64,000 bases of DNA from Ruditapes philippinarum (lineage: Eukaryota), in NCBI RefSeq assembly GCF_026571515.1, contig NW_026863846.1:124001-188000 (forward strand), in the 5' to 3' direction. The position numbers were made by a program, and so were the translations under genes. Within the stretch, counting starts at the first letter, position 1, and the number at the start of each line of letters is the position of its first letter. The notes under the pieces are model-generated. The model was not told the DNA's origin. It searched no databases and saw nothing but the letters and a program-made list of their open reading frames with translations. Below, in pieces: positions 40,001-50,254 of this stretch.

Positions 40001-43000
40001 ATTGGAATTATATTAATTTAAAGCAAGAATATTGTAACATTGTAAGTGTATATTATCTAGTTCTCTTAAATGACATGAAACTGCAAACATCGTTTTTTCA
40101 GAAACACGCTTAACATTTTATATTGTACTAATAACACGAAGAACATCTCTTCTTTTTATAAAAAAGTAAACAATTGTATAATCAAAATTGCTGTATTTTT
40201 CAGTAAATAATATTTTTCAATTTGTATGTTAAATCACATGTTTGGATTTATTTTGTTATATTGTGTACGACGTGCATTTTCTGTCGTGCCTCACTATTGG
40301 CATGCAAAGATTTTGGTTAATATCAACAAAAATGTAAAATGTTGTTACAAATAATTTTAATGATTTATCAATAAAACTTTATACGTTTTACCAACAAATT
40401 TCTTGAATGATTTATCGATTAAATCTTAATATCTTACTCTAACATATGTCTAACGTATGTCTTTAGTAAACTTAAATCACGCACATTGATTTTTTAATTT
40501 GCATATCCATATCGGTAAAGAGGTAGCCCGTGCCGCTTCAAAACCGAAAGTAGAATGTTTTTATGAATTTTACATTCATTTTTAATTAATTATTGCAATT
40601 TGTCGGAATATGATGTGTATACAGATGAATACATATAATATGTGTGTTGCGTATATAATCAAGTAACTGGTTCATTTATCTCGGGGCGGTGGTAAGTCAA
40701 GATATGTCGATTTTATGTAGTTTATTGTGAAGTTACAGTAACTGAAAACTGGACATATGACAAAACAACACATATATAAAATATCATAGTCTTCTGTGAT
40801 ATACTACTTTACCACATGGCATACGCCTTTTCCTCGTTACAATGGAATTGCGTTGAATTGCTAACCTATCCATCGCCAGCTTGTTTTGAGCAGAGAATGG
40901 CCCGTGCATGTGCAAGAAAGGGTACCCTTTGAGTAGATTTCGCAAAGAGGGTACCGATATGGATATGCACCGTGTAATAAACTGGGCTATCATACTATTT
41001 AATATCTACCTTGAATGATTTATCAATTAAATGTAAACATATTAAATGAAAATACATCACTCACTCTACAAGTTTATCATCGTCAGGTCCAATGTTACTA
41101 AATTTGAAGGCTGTATCTTTCTGATAGACGAACAGGTTCATATCTACGTCAGTGGATGCAGGTGTACTCTTTGTACAGTGACTCCGAACTACATATAGAA
41201 AACAAAAAACATCAATATACAATAGATTGGCTGTTACATTTTACACCCTCATAAAATATACCGGATTTTATTTCATTTGGAATGAATTGATTTATACATT
41301 GTTGGTAAATAATTGCCCACATTCTGATGATGCTAGTTTTGTCGAAGTAAAAACTGAATAAACTTATGAGTCTTTTTATATAAACTTCTTCTGTAAGAAG
41401 CTACATTTAAATACCATAAGCAATGAACACCAAGTTTACATTTTAGGAACAGTATTGTATCGTGTTTTAAATTTTGACCTAAAACTTCTGAAATATTAGC
41501 TGATATACTACTTGTTTACTACTGCTTTCTCATCATATAAATCTATGTAAAATATATGAGGTAAATTCAATGCAAAATATGAGGTAAAATATATATGGTA
41601 AAATGTGAAGGTAAAATATGAAAGTAAATATGAAGTAAGATTTAAGGTAAAATATGAGGTAAAATGTCATGTAAAATATGAGGTATAATATTGAAGGCAA
41701 AATGTAATCTAAAATATGAGGTAAAATGTTACTATGTAAAATATGAGGTAAATGGAGTGTGAAACGTGAGATAAAATATGAAGGTAAAATATATTGTAAA
41801 ATATGAAGGTTCAATATGAGGTAAAATATTAGGTTAAATATGAGGTAAGTGTAAGGTAAAATGTCTTGTAAAATATGAGGTAAAATGTTACAAGGTAAAA
41901 AAGAGGTAAATGTAAGGTAAAATATATGGTAAAATATGAGGTAAAAATATGGTAGAATATGAATGTAAAATATGAATGTAAAAACTGATGGTAAAATATG
42001 AACGTAAAATTTGAAGGTAAAATATGAAAGTAAAATTTGAAGGTAAAATATGAAGGTAAAATATGAATGTAATGACCCGGTTCAAAACTATTCACTTTTG
42101 AGGGGGAGAAGATGTGTAAGCGGTCGGATAGCTCAGTCGGTAGAGTCACGGAACGGTATGCCGAGGGTCCTGTGTTCGAGTCCCGGTCAGGCTGCACATT
42201 TTTCTCATCATGTGACATATTTTCGCCAAACGGGGGACCGTGAAAAATATAGCTCACAGTTGAATTCACATTGCTCTGTAACCTGAGAAATTCGAGGACG
42301 AATTTCAATATAACCGGGGCCGGAGTATGTCACGGTTTAGAAGTGTTAACTTTTAAGGGGAAGAAGATGTGTAAGCGGTCGGAAAGCTCATTCGGTAGAG
42401 TCACGGAACGGTATTCCGAGGGTCCCGTGTTCGAGTCCCAGTCAGGCTTCACATTTCTCTCACCCTGTGACAGTAAAATAGGAAGTAAAAGATAAGATAA
42501 AATATGAGATAAATATAAGGTAAAATATTAATGTAAAATATGAGGTAGAATTTGAGGTAATTTAAACTACTCACTTTCTAGCTTCGGTGTCTGTAAAATA
42601 TAAAACAAGATTAATGATGTTATATACAGTACTGGAAGCAATCTATGTTAAACAGTTTATATTTAGATTTAAAAAAACTTTAGTGTCCGCATCATTATAA
42701 ACTAGTTATAATTTATAAAACGTTTATTAAACGGCAACACATATTTGACATGCATATAAGCAACACACTGTAATTATCTTATTAATTTTGGTTACAACGG
42801 CGTTTTATAACGTCATTTCTTTGACATCATTTGAAATGGCTTAATTATCTCTTCGCAACCGTTTTATTCCACGCCTACTAAACAGTGGCTCTTTCACAGT
42901 TTGGTGATCTGTTTAAATGAGAGCCCTTGACACTTCCGTTATAGAGCCATCGACCAAAACATAGTAGGAAAAAGTAAATACAGTTTATAAAAACATCCGA

Positions 43001-45069
43001 TTAAAAAAAATATGCTTCTTTTTCAAAAATCGAAGAATGCCATGCCGCATAGAACATTTTTCTCATCAGTTTGAAATTTACAAATTTGAAACGGCACTTA
43101 CAATCCAAAAGAGGTCAAAATATGCATAAATACCTCTTATTGCGTTAGTTTAGTTTATACAAATTTATTTTAGTTAGATTGAAACACTCTCGAATCTGTT
43201 CCTGGAACCAACCAGTACTAAGCAATGAATAAAATGTTTATTGCTCAAGGAAACAACGGCTTGCCCCTGAGAGGGTTTGAACCCATGCGGTAAGCAATCC
43301 TTAGATTACTAGTCCGACGAGTTAACCACTCGGCCACTCCGCCACTCTTACTGCGTTAGTAACACAGTAGAATTATATAGATTAATACTGCAAAATCAGT
43401 CATTAATTGCACATAACATGTAAAAAAAATAATTAAATTTTGAATCATTTTACTTTTCTTAAGATCTTAATACATTTTTCTAAAGAATGAATTTCTTGAA
43501 ATATTTTGGCTCATCTGGAGGCGGGCAGCGTTAACGAAATGACTTACATCGGCGTACAGCGTTAACTACTAGTAAATGACATACAACGGTTCAGATTTGA
43601 AGAAATGACTTACACCTGTGTGCAGCTTTAAATAAATGACTTACATCGGCTTGCAGCTTAAAGAAATGACTTACATCGGCGTGCAGCTTTAAAGAAAAGA
43701 CATACATCGGCGTGCAGCTTTAAAGAAATGACTTACATCGGCGTACAGCTTTAAAGAAATGACATACATCGGCGTGCAGCTTTGAAGAAATGACTTACAC
43801 CTGTGTGCAGCTTTAAAGAAATGACTTACATCGGCGTGCAATTTTAAAGAAATGACTTACATCGGCGCGCAACTTTAAAGAAATGACTTACATCGGCTTG
43901 CGGCTTTAAAGAAATGACTTACATCGGCGCGCAGCTTTAAAGACATGGCTTACATCGGCGTGCAGCTTTAAAAGAAATGACTTACATCGGCGTGCAGCTT
44001 TAAAGAAATGACTTACATCGGCGTGCAGCTTTAAAGACATGACTTACATCGGCGTGCAACTTTAAAGAAATGACTTAAATCGGCATGCAGCTTTTAAGAA
44101 ATGACTTACATCGGCGAGCAGCTTTAAAGAAATGACATACATCGGCGTGCAGCTTTGAAGAAATGACTTACACCTGTGTGCAGCTTTAAAGAAATGACTA
44201 ACATCGGCGTGCAGCTTTAAAGAAATGACTTACATCGGCGTGCAGCTTTAAAGAAATGACTTACATCGGCGTACAGCTTTAAAGAAATGACATACATCGG
44301 CGTGCAGCTTTGAAGAAATGACTTACACCTGTGTGCAGCTTTAAAGAAATGACTTACATCGGCGTGCAGCTTTAAAGAAATGACTTACATCGGCGTTGCA
44401 GCTTTAAAGAAATGACTTTACATCGGCGTGCAGCTTTAAAGAAATGACTTACATCGGCGCGCAGCTTTAAAGACATGGCTTACATCGGCGTGCAGCTTTA
44501 AAAGAAATGACTTACATCGGCGTGCAGCTTTAAAGAAATGACTTACATCGGCGTGCAGCTTTAAAGACATGACTTACATCGGCGTGCAACTTTAAAGAAA
44601 ATGACTTAAATCGGCATGCAGCTTTTAAGAAATGACTTACATCGGCGTGCAGCTTTAAAGAAATGACTTACATCGGCATGCAGCTTTAAAGAAATGACTT
44701 ACATCGGCATGCAGCTTTAAAGAAATGACTTACATCGGCATGCAGCTTTAAAGAAATGACTAACATCGGCATGCAGCTTTAAAGAAATGACTTACATCGA
44801 CGTGCAGCTTTAAAGAAATGACTTACATCTGCGCGCAACTTTAAAAAAATGACTAACATCGGCGCGCAACTTTAAAGAGATGACTTACATCGGCGTGCAG
44901 CTTTAAAGAAATGACTTACATCGGCGGTTCCTTTCAAAAACTCACTCCCGGCAGCTCCGTCAGCACCTCCCCCGAGTTTTGGCGGGTATTTCGTGGGTTT
45001 GGTGGCTCCTTTAATGTGGCTCACGTGCATTAACACTAACAACGCGAAGAGAGCACTTGAATATTTCAT
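18976..45069 (-). CDS. ZP (zona pellucida) module type-I membrane precursor, 12 exons, 519 aa
   Basis: Exons 45069-44920, 42590-42575, 41188-41065, 39935-39719, 38347-38205, 37449-37217, 27946-27832, 26575-26447, 23424-23310, 21299-21158, 19951-19890, 19089-18976 join via GT-AG into one 1560-nt ORF. Signal peptide; ZP-C-like motifs GTTFYLEI, IYVKKCTAT, FIEDGC, VYKCEIEYC..C; RKKR furin site; hydrophobic patch VSVAVSV; TM FVGISTILSVAFFVTVILSGVLMY. Confidence 0.88.
19520..19765. mobile_element. Degenerate copy of the foldback element at 2270
   Basis: Shared ctagcgacaacac...gttgtcggactttcgtc and gagacaggacgac..gacagtgcgaca. Confidence 0.65.
19890..19951 (-). CDS. ZP gene exon 11 (SKQAHSNSCPESMMFVGIST)
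   Basis: tttatttag|, ACG|gtgagt, phase 1/0. Confidence 0.82.
20042..20280. mobile_element. MITE family A
   Basis: Full palindromic copy. Confidence 0.9.
20600..20795 (-). mobile_element. tRNA-derived SINE (CORE-like); related copies at about 43165-43345 and 19245-19345
   Basis: Reverse B box gggtttgaaccc; shared aaccagtact...gctcaag.aaacaac body. Confidence 0.7.
21158..21299 (-). CDS. ZP gene exon 10 (PACARKKR furin site, hydrophobic patch)
   Basis: atttag|, CAG|gtaacc, phase 0/1. Confidence 0.88.
21605..22280. repeat. 25-bp minisatellite (atttattatctatgtgttcagtcaa)
   Basis: About 27 units; source of spurious ORFs 21708-22280. Confidence 0.9.
22343..23240 (+). mobile_element. Non-autonomous Helentron/HINE (DTC84/pearl-like) with internal 146-bp tandem repeats
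   Basis: aaacaagag start; about 5 x 146-bp units (caatatggtga at 22486, 22632, 22924, 23070); (GGAC)n microsatellite; terminal hairpin atgctcccccgaaatatttcgggaagcat. Confidence 0.85.
23310..23424 (-). CDS. ZP gene exon 9 (VSFARA...VYKCEIEYCFSSSDTKCF)
   Basis: atcag|, |gtaagt, phase 2/0. Confidence 0.88.
23480..25520. repeat. 36-bp minisatellite (atgaaatacagaatagatataactatgatatcatat), interrupted at about 24865-25260
   Basis: Dozens of units; source of many spurious ORFs. Confidence 0.92.
25832..26196. mobile_element. Kolobok-type MITE family B (TTAA|agggactccactgagg)
   Basis: TTAA-flanked TIRs; copies at 38372-38701 and 46345-46706. Confidence 0.85.
26447..26575 (-). CDS. ZP gene exon 8 (CGLGVDP...TPNCF)
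   Basis: tttgtag|, CG|gttagt, phase 2/2. Confidence 0.87.
27113..27820. mobile_element. Long foldback MITE (~300-bp inverted arms)
   Basis: 27140-27420 is the reverse complement of about 27485-27770. Confidence 0.8.
27832..27946 (-). CDS. ZP gene exon 7 (GIYVKKCTAT...FIEDG)
   Basis: tttacag|, GG|gtacgt, phase 1/2. Confidence 0.9.
30071..30685. mobile_element. HINE-like insertion in the 39-bp array, carrying a tRNA-like segment (about 30250-30325, - strand)
   Basis: Subterminal IR atttgtttgggtc / gacccaaacaaat with a terminal hairpin; the array resumes in register. Confidence 0.65.
31234..36379 (+). mobile_element. 5.1-kb composite Helentron/HINE inserted in the 39-bp array
   Basis: aacaagagggccatgatggccctatatcgctcacct start; ~157-bp internal repeats 31600-32110; ggacgga tract; terminal hairpin agctcacctgcactttgtgcaaggtgagct; inserted in an A-run. 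Confidence 0.8.
33085..34199 (-). pseudogene. Decayed hAT-like transposase fragments inside the HINE
   Basis: WLKKPNAMGFCEVCSKTI...LLNH (BED-finger-like) and NKVLNIIFQYFDD..VVMDHL (hAT catalytic-region-like); many stops. Confidence 0.5.
37217..37449 (-). CDS. ZP gene exon 6 (FEVTFKAY...GTTFYLEICL...YKPFF)
   Basis: ctatgtag|, TTTA|gtaagt, phase 2/1. Confidence 0.87.
38003..38186. mobile_element. MITE family A, truncated at the left end
   Basis: Same sequence family. Confidence 0.85.
38205..38347 (-). CDS. ZP gene exon 5 (DTKAVFAVTC...DACTSLQ)
   Basis: tttatag|, |gtaagt, phase 0/2. Confidence 0.88.
38372..38701. mobile_element. Kolobok-type MITE family B
   Basis: ttaaagggactacactg ... cagtggagtccctttaa. 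Confidence 0.85.
38720..39230. repeat. Degenerate ~60-70-bp A-rich tandem repeat
   Basis: Recurrent aaaactttattttaaac..ttttactttgaatcataaaaa. Confidence 0.65.
39232..39427. mobile_element. Small MITE with internal 21-bp repeats
   Basis: TIR tacgaaagacctgtagggc / gcccttaccggtctttcgta; (gaagttgaaatcgtgaattcat)n. Confidence 0.75.
39719..39935 (-). CDS. ZP gene exon 4 (YQACFLID...YDCGGYKNM)
   Basis: tgtgtag|, ATG|gtaaac, phase 2/0. Confidence 0.88.
41065..41188 (-). CDS. ZP gene exon 3 (IRSHCTK...DKLV)
   Basis: tatgtag|, |gtgagt, phase 1/2. Confidence 0.85.
41545..42560. repeat. 12-13-bp minisatellite (gtaaaatatgag), split by the TRIM
   Basis: Many degenerate units. Confidence 0.88.
42073..42472 (+). 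mobile_element. TRIM (miniature LTR retroelement) with tRNA-like Pol III boxes in both LTRs
   Basis: 145-bp direct repeats 42073-42217 and 42328-42472 (TG...CA); 110-bp core with a PBS-like and a purine-rich end; 4-bp TSD GTAA; A box tagctcagtcggtagag and B box gttcgagtcc. Confidence 0.85.
42575..42590 (-). CDS. ZP gene exon 2, 16-nt microexon (TPKLE)
   Basis: ttttacag|ACACCGAAGCTAGAAA|gtgagt; needed to convert phase 0 to phase 1. Confidence 0.75.
43165..43345 (-). mobile_element. tRNA-derived SINE (same family as 20600-20795)
   Basis: Shared body and reverse A/B boxes. Confidence 0.7.
43526..44926 (-). repeat. 31-bp minisatellite made of the ZP exon 1 donor junction (about 45 units)
   Basis: Unit CGCCGAT|GTAAGTCATTTCTTTAAAGCTGCA; the first unit overlaps the exon end at 44920. 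Confidence 0.95.
44920..45069 (-). CDS. ZP gene coding exon 1 (signal peptide MKYSSALFALLVLMHVSHIKG...)
   Basis: ATG at 45069; GAT|gtaagt donor, phase 0. Confidence 0.85.
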
Positions 45070-45174
45070 CTTCTGTAAAGAACAATTTTCATTTTAAAAA
45101 CGTATGGTAGTTCGCCACATGTTAGAGAATAAGGTGGTCTATTGATACTTTCGTTGTGAAAGGATAGTGAAATA

Positions 45175-45181
45175 CTTTATA
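45175..45181 (-). promoter_or_regulatory. Possible TATA box (TATAAAG) for the ZP gene
   Basis: About 105 nt upstream of the ATG; a tttacag acceptor 3 nt before the ATG instead suggests a 5'UTR intron. Confidence 0.25.
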
Positions 45182-46344
45182 AAGGAAGAACAAAATCAAT
45201 CGCTAACATCATATGTATATCACATACCTTTATACACAGGTCACTATGATTGGGGCATTTGTTTATGATATGACTTTGAGGTTATATCGGGTTCGTGTGG
45301 TGACATATGTCCAGCAAACTGTTGAAGGACAGTTACCTATATCTAAGTACACACCCGTTCCTAAGGTAAAACTTCAGCAGTCAACAAATTTTCTTTATAT
45401 GTAAGTAATGACAGTTGCTTCAAAATATACCTAAAGGACCGCGAAATATGGAGTTACGATAGATAAAAAATGCTTATCTATAAGAAAAATGACATGCGAT
45501 TTTAAATAACAAATACACAACTGTTAAAAATAAAGAAATATGACGTCATCAGGTGCACTTCTATTGAACCTCAATTTCACCAAACGTTAACGTCACAAAG
45601 TGTGGCTAATGCGTGCAAATACGTCTCAAGAAGTGTGACAATTACGGTTGGACACAAATTTCATACGGACATAGAAACGCTTGTATCACAAAAATATGGA
45701 AGGAAAAACATGAATAATTACGTTGATAATATATAGTATAAGATATAACAACAAAACACGAAAGAATTATGCATGGAAGTTGTTGGCTAGTGTGGAAGTT
45801 GTTGGCAAGTTTGAGATACATCCGATATTACATAAATGTATTTTATTTAGCAGATAATGAAATGTTTTGAATAAAAAAATATTTTCAATATTACTAGTGA
45901 CAATAAAATCGTACAAAATGCAATTTTCTATCGTTTGTATATTTCTTTTCAGTAAATGTAATGTATATTTGATTTTTTAACATTGGACATTTGGAGTTAT
46001 TGTTTCAAACTCATATCACTTTATTGAAAATATTGTGAATAAAAATCAACTTACTTTTACTAAGTTTTCCGAACCATTTCGTTTCACAAATAAAAAAAAC
46101 ATAAGGCGTGTCGAGTTAAGGCAGTCACAGCCGAGTTGTTTCGTTGAACGTTTAGCCCATAGTCACGCCTGAAATCATTTTGTTCAGTTACCCAAGATAC
46201 GCAAGTGTGTAGCTAACTAACGAACAAGTATAATTTATAAACATCTGTCATGAACTAAATCTATTATTAAAACATTTTAAACATATGTTTTTGACATTTC
46301 TAAAGAATAAAATAAAATATGTATTTCTTAGGTATAATATGCCT

Positions 46345-46706
46345 TTAAAGGGACTCCACTGAGGTTTAAAAGCCTGAAAATATAACATTTGAATTTCTTA
46401 CATAAATGAGCTGGGGCACTTTAAACAGAAATATATGCAAAGATAGTAAAGAAATACACTTTGAAATAAATTGAAAATCGTATTTTTATGCTTTTCTTTG
46501 CCCAATTTGAGTGAAAAGTGTTGAAACGCTTTCCTATGGGTTACTTTTTTACAATTTGAATAATTATTCTGGAAAAACGAAGTGCGCGAATGATCGGAAA
46601 TTTTGCACAAAGATCAGTGGTCTTAACCTATATAAAATGGTTCATTTATCTGGAAAAAATATATTTAGTCCCATCATGTCAAACAACCTCAGTGGAGTAC
46701 CTTTAA
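46345..46706. mobile_element. Kolobok-type MITE family B
   Basis: ttaaagggactccactgagg ... cctcagtggagtacctttaa. Confidence 0.85.
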
Positions 46707-49700
46707 AGTCATTTATATAATTACAAAACTCGCAGAATTTCATGTACCATGTGACAGTTTTCTTCCCTTTAAACATAAAGAAAATAAAATAACTTAAAGG
46801 TTATATAAGCCTTTATAAAAGTAGACATTTTATGAAAGAGTATTGCTTGAATAAATTATTCTGAATGTTTTTATGAACCGGAGACACTGTTGTAGGTTGT
46901 AATCAAGCAATCACCGGGTATGGAAAATGCTGATTTAAATTACGGAAAGTAACGGAATGCGACGGACCACTTTTCCGACTGTGACGTCACATGAGGTTTC
47001 TGTTTCAACAAAGATCTGAAAAATACATACTGATTTAGTGTAGGATATTCTATAAACTTACCCATCAGTTCTCAATGATGTAATCTCAATGATGTAACTA
47101 CATATTTATCTTTCTCTTTTTGTCTATCAGACCGGTTTTCTTTTTTCTTACAAAATTACATATGATTACAAAATTTGCAGAAATGATTTTATTGTAAAAT
47201 TATTTTCAATTTTGGGCTTTCTTTTTGGCTTTATATCTGGCTGCATTTGATAAATAGAAATGATGGATACATTAAAAGGATTAAATTGTATGATTTTTTT
47301 TTAATTTTACGTTAGCCGTATCGTAAAAAAAAAACCACGGCATTAAGGTCACGGGACATTGGTCTATAAGAAACACCATTTGGCTACGCCCGTGCACAAT
47401 TACACCAATAGAATACATAACCTGGGTGGATGCATTTTATGTTCACGTTTCACTACACCTAGTTTACTATAACGCTTCAGTGTACATTTTGATAAATTTG
47501 TATTTTTTTATTACATATGCTCTAATATAGAGTGAAATATTCATTATTTAGTTGTCATTTTCTACTTGAGTGACTTATTTCCATTTTAAATTTCACAAAC
47601 GTGTCGGATTGACGTAAATTTAACAAAAAACAAAGCGTTATAAAAACGAATGAATATATAAAATAATAAGCAAATGAGTAAATAAATAAATAAATAAATA
47701 AATAAAATTGAGCTACAAAAAGTGTACTAGAACTCTATAATGGCCACTTGAAACCAGGCAAGTTAAATTGTCCACTAGTTATATTGTTAGTAAATTGTTA
47801 TTGCTAATAAAAGTAGGGGAAAAACGTTTGTAAACATATAACAAATGTTGAAAATGCTTCTTTTTTCGCTTCCTCTTTAACAATAATACTTCAAAATTAT
47901 ATTCCATTTAATTTTCTTTATAATTTCATTTTACATTTGATATAATTATGCTCATGTATGTGTAAAATACTTTTATGAATCTGTGAATGTTTTTACTGAC
48001 TATGTCTAATTTGAATAACAGAACGTACAAGCTATGTTTGGGTGGCTGCGTATTCTATTATTAGTCAAGTTAAAGTGGTACTGTCTTGAAAAATCTGCAA
48101 GGCTTTAAATTAATGACGCTGCATGTATGTAGTATGAAGAGTAAAATACTCATTCACTGTTGACGTGACTGTTTACATGTATATAGAATCAAATTTGATA
48201 TGATATCAAATTTGATCATAATATATATTTAATATTCTTTTTCAAATTTACATATTATTCTTTTCTATATGCATAATTATGTATAGACCGCACATTATTG
48301 TCCATGTAAAGGGAAGGAAAAAGGTAAAACGACGCGTATTTTTCATTAACTCAACTTATATTCATGTATAACTATTAAATTATTTTTTATTGTCGTTAAC
48401 CGTAAAACATTGGTATTTTCTCTAATATTTCTTGATGTTGCGACACACATAATTTTTTTATACCTTAACTTTACTTGACGTAAATCATGCCTGCCCATCA
48501 GCAGAAATTGACTATACGTGTCTATTGACGGAAGGGAGTTAACTGAATTGCTCTTTAAGCAAAATGTTAATTCGGTTGTTTCCCTTGTTCTCCCCTGCAA
48601 ACGCCCCTGAAAATCATGCGTTTCGCGCATGCATGTAGGGTTTTAATCGTCTGACATAAACTTTTTTTTTGTTAATCGGCTTATGTTTCCAAACAGCAGA
48701 CGAGATAGACAAGCCGGATATGTACTTTTGTTGATTGTTTTTTTCTGTTATATTTCTGCAACCGGATGATAACATATGCCAAAAGTTTAAAGAACAAATA
48801 CCTAGCTATTTATAATATGTAATATAAGCATTAAATATTTCTTATCTAACGTGCGAGTATAAACAACGATATTTTTGTCTTAATAATTTAATCTTAATAG
48901 TTTGTTAAATAAAGATAAAATGTAAAATGATTAATTTTCTTTAATTGAAATGTAGTTGTTTGATAAAAATAGAATTTCATATTCGTCAGATGCTTGAGTT
49001 TGTTAAAATATCATTTCATATTTATTTACGGATGTTAATATGCAGTGATTCTGTGATGAAATAACAATTTGACTTAGAAATTTGTACTGTTACAGGGTAA
49101 TATAATATCAAATCGCATGTAAAGAGAATCTGACATGTCGATGTCAAAACCTTGATATTTAACTTGACAAATCTTAATCATAGAAAGGGATTATCTATCG
49201 AATATTTGCCAATCCATAAATTATTATGAATTATTATGATTTTATGATCATAAATGTTTGTATTTTATGTAATAAATTATGTTTAAAACAGTCAATATGA
49301 GCATATTTATATCGCTTATTTTTTTTTTAGTTTCATCTTGATAAAACTTTCTATGTTCATATAACCTTGACATATGTAAACAGGATAAATTTCCGACCTG
49401 ACTTCATGTTCATACAGAAAATATCAGGATCATTAATAACTCAGATTTTAGTTTTCTGCACTAATTGAAACTTATAATGTAAATTATTATATTAGGCTAA
49501 ATGATATGGTTAATGTAAAATAGTCAAAACTAATTTTGGATTAAATAATACAAAGCTCAGTAATAATTGGATAAAAATAAGGATCAATTTGAGGACCAAT
49601 GTCATTATTTGGATCAACGTGCACATAATTATTTTTTATGGAGTAACAAATTCATTTTTAAGATAACATTCTACTAGATGTTGTATATATAACTTTAAAC

Positions 49701-50254
49701 AGAAATTGCTACATTTCGTTAAAAATAATTTATCATCGACTCTAGTTCTTTTTTTATTTTGGTGTCCCCAGATTTGCAATTTGTTTTATTAGCGTATTGT
49801 ATTGTATTATATTGTATTTATTGATAAATGGTCAACCAAAGTCACTTACAACTTTTCTTCAGGAAAATCCAAATGATACATTTCTATTTTTTTTTATTTT
49901 TTTTTTTGAAATACATTGTATTAATAGAAAATGTACCCATTGTAGACATATCCTGTTTAAAAGGGTTAAAGGTTACAAGAATGCTCTGTTTCTAGACCGG
50001 CTGCAATCTTTTTTTACACATTTATTGAATGCGGTATAAAATGAAAACAAAATCAGACAGCTGTTACATTCATCAGAAAGTACGAATCTATTATTTTAAC
50101 ATTACTGCATATTTTATGAATAACTGTCACGCGAGTGCGTAGGATACAATAATCTGGGCATTTCCGACTTTTTGTTTGTTTATCGTTTGATGCGGTTTAA
50201 CGCTTCCGTCACTTTTAGTCACATGAGTTGAGAATACAAGAAAAATGGAGGTTA

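Noticed and set aside
42120-42445. Two tRNA genes (also tRNA-like heads at 6414, 7400, 20720, 30250, 43270)
   Set aside because: They have A/B boxes but are embedded in LTR or SINE bodies, and I could not establish a full cloverleaf; treated as TE-derived
43526-44926. CRISPR-like appearance of the 31-bp and 39-bp arrays
   Set aside because: Head-to-tail repeats with no unique spacers, no cas genes and a eukaryotic intronic context
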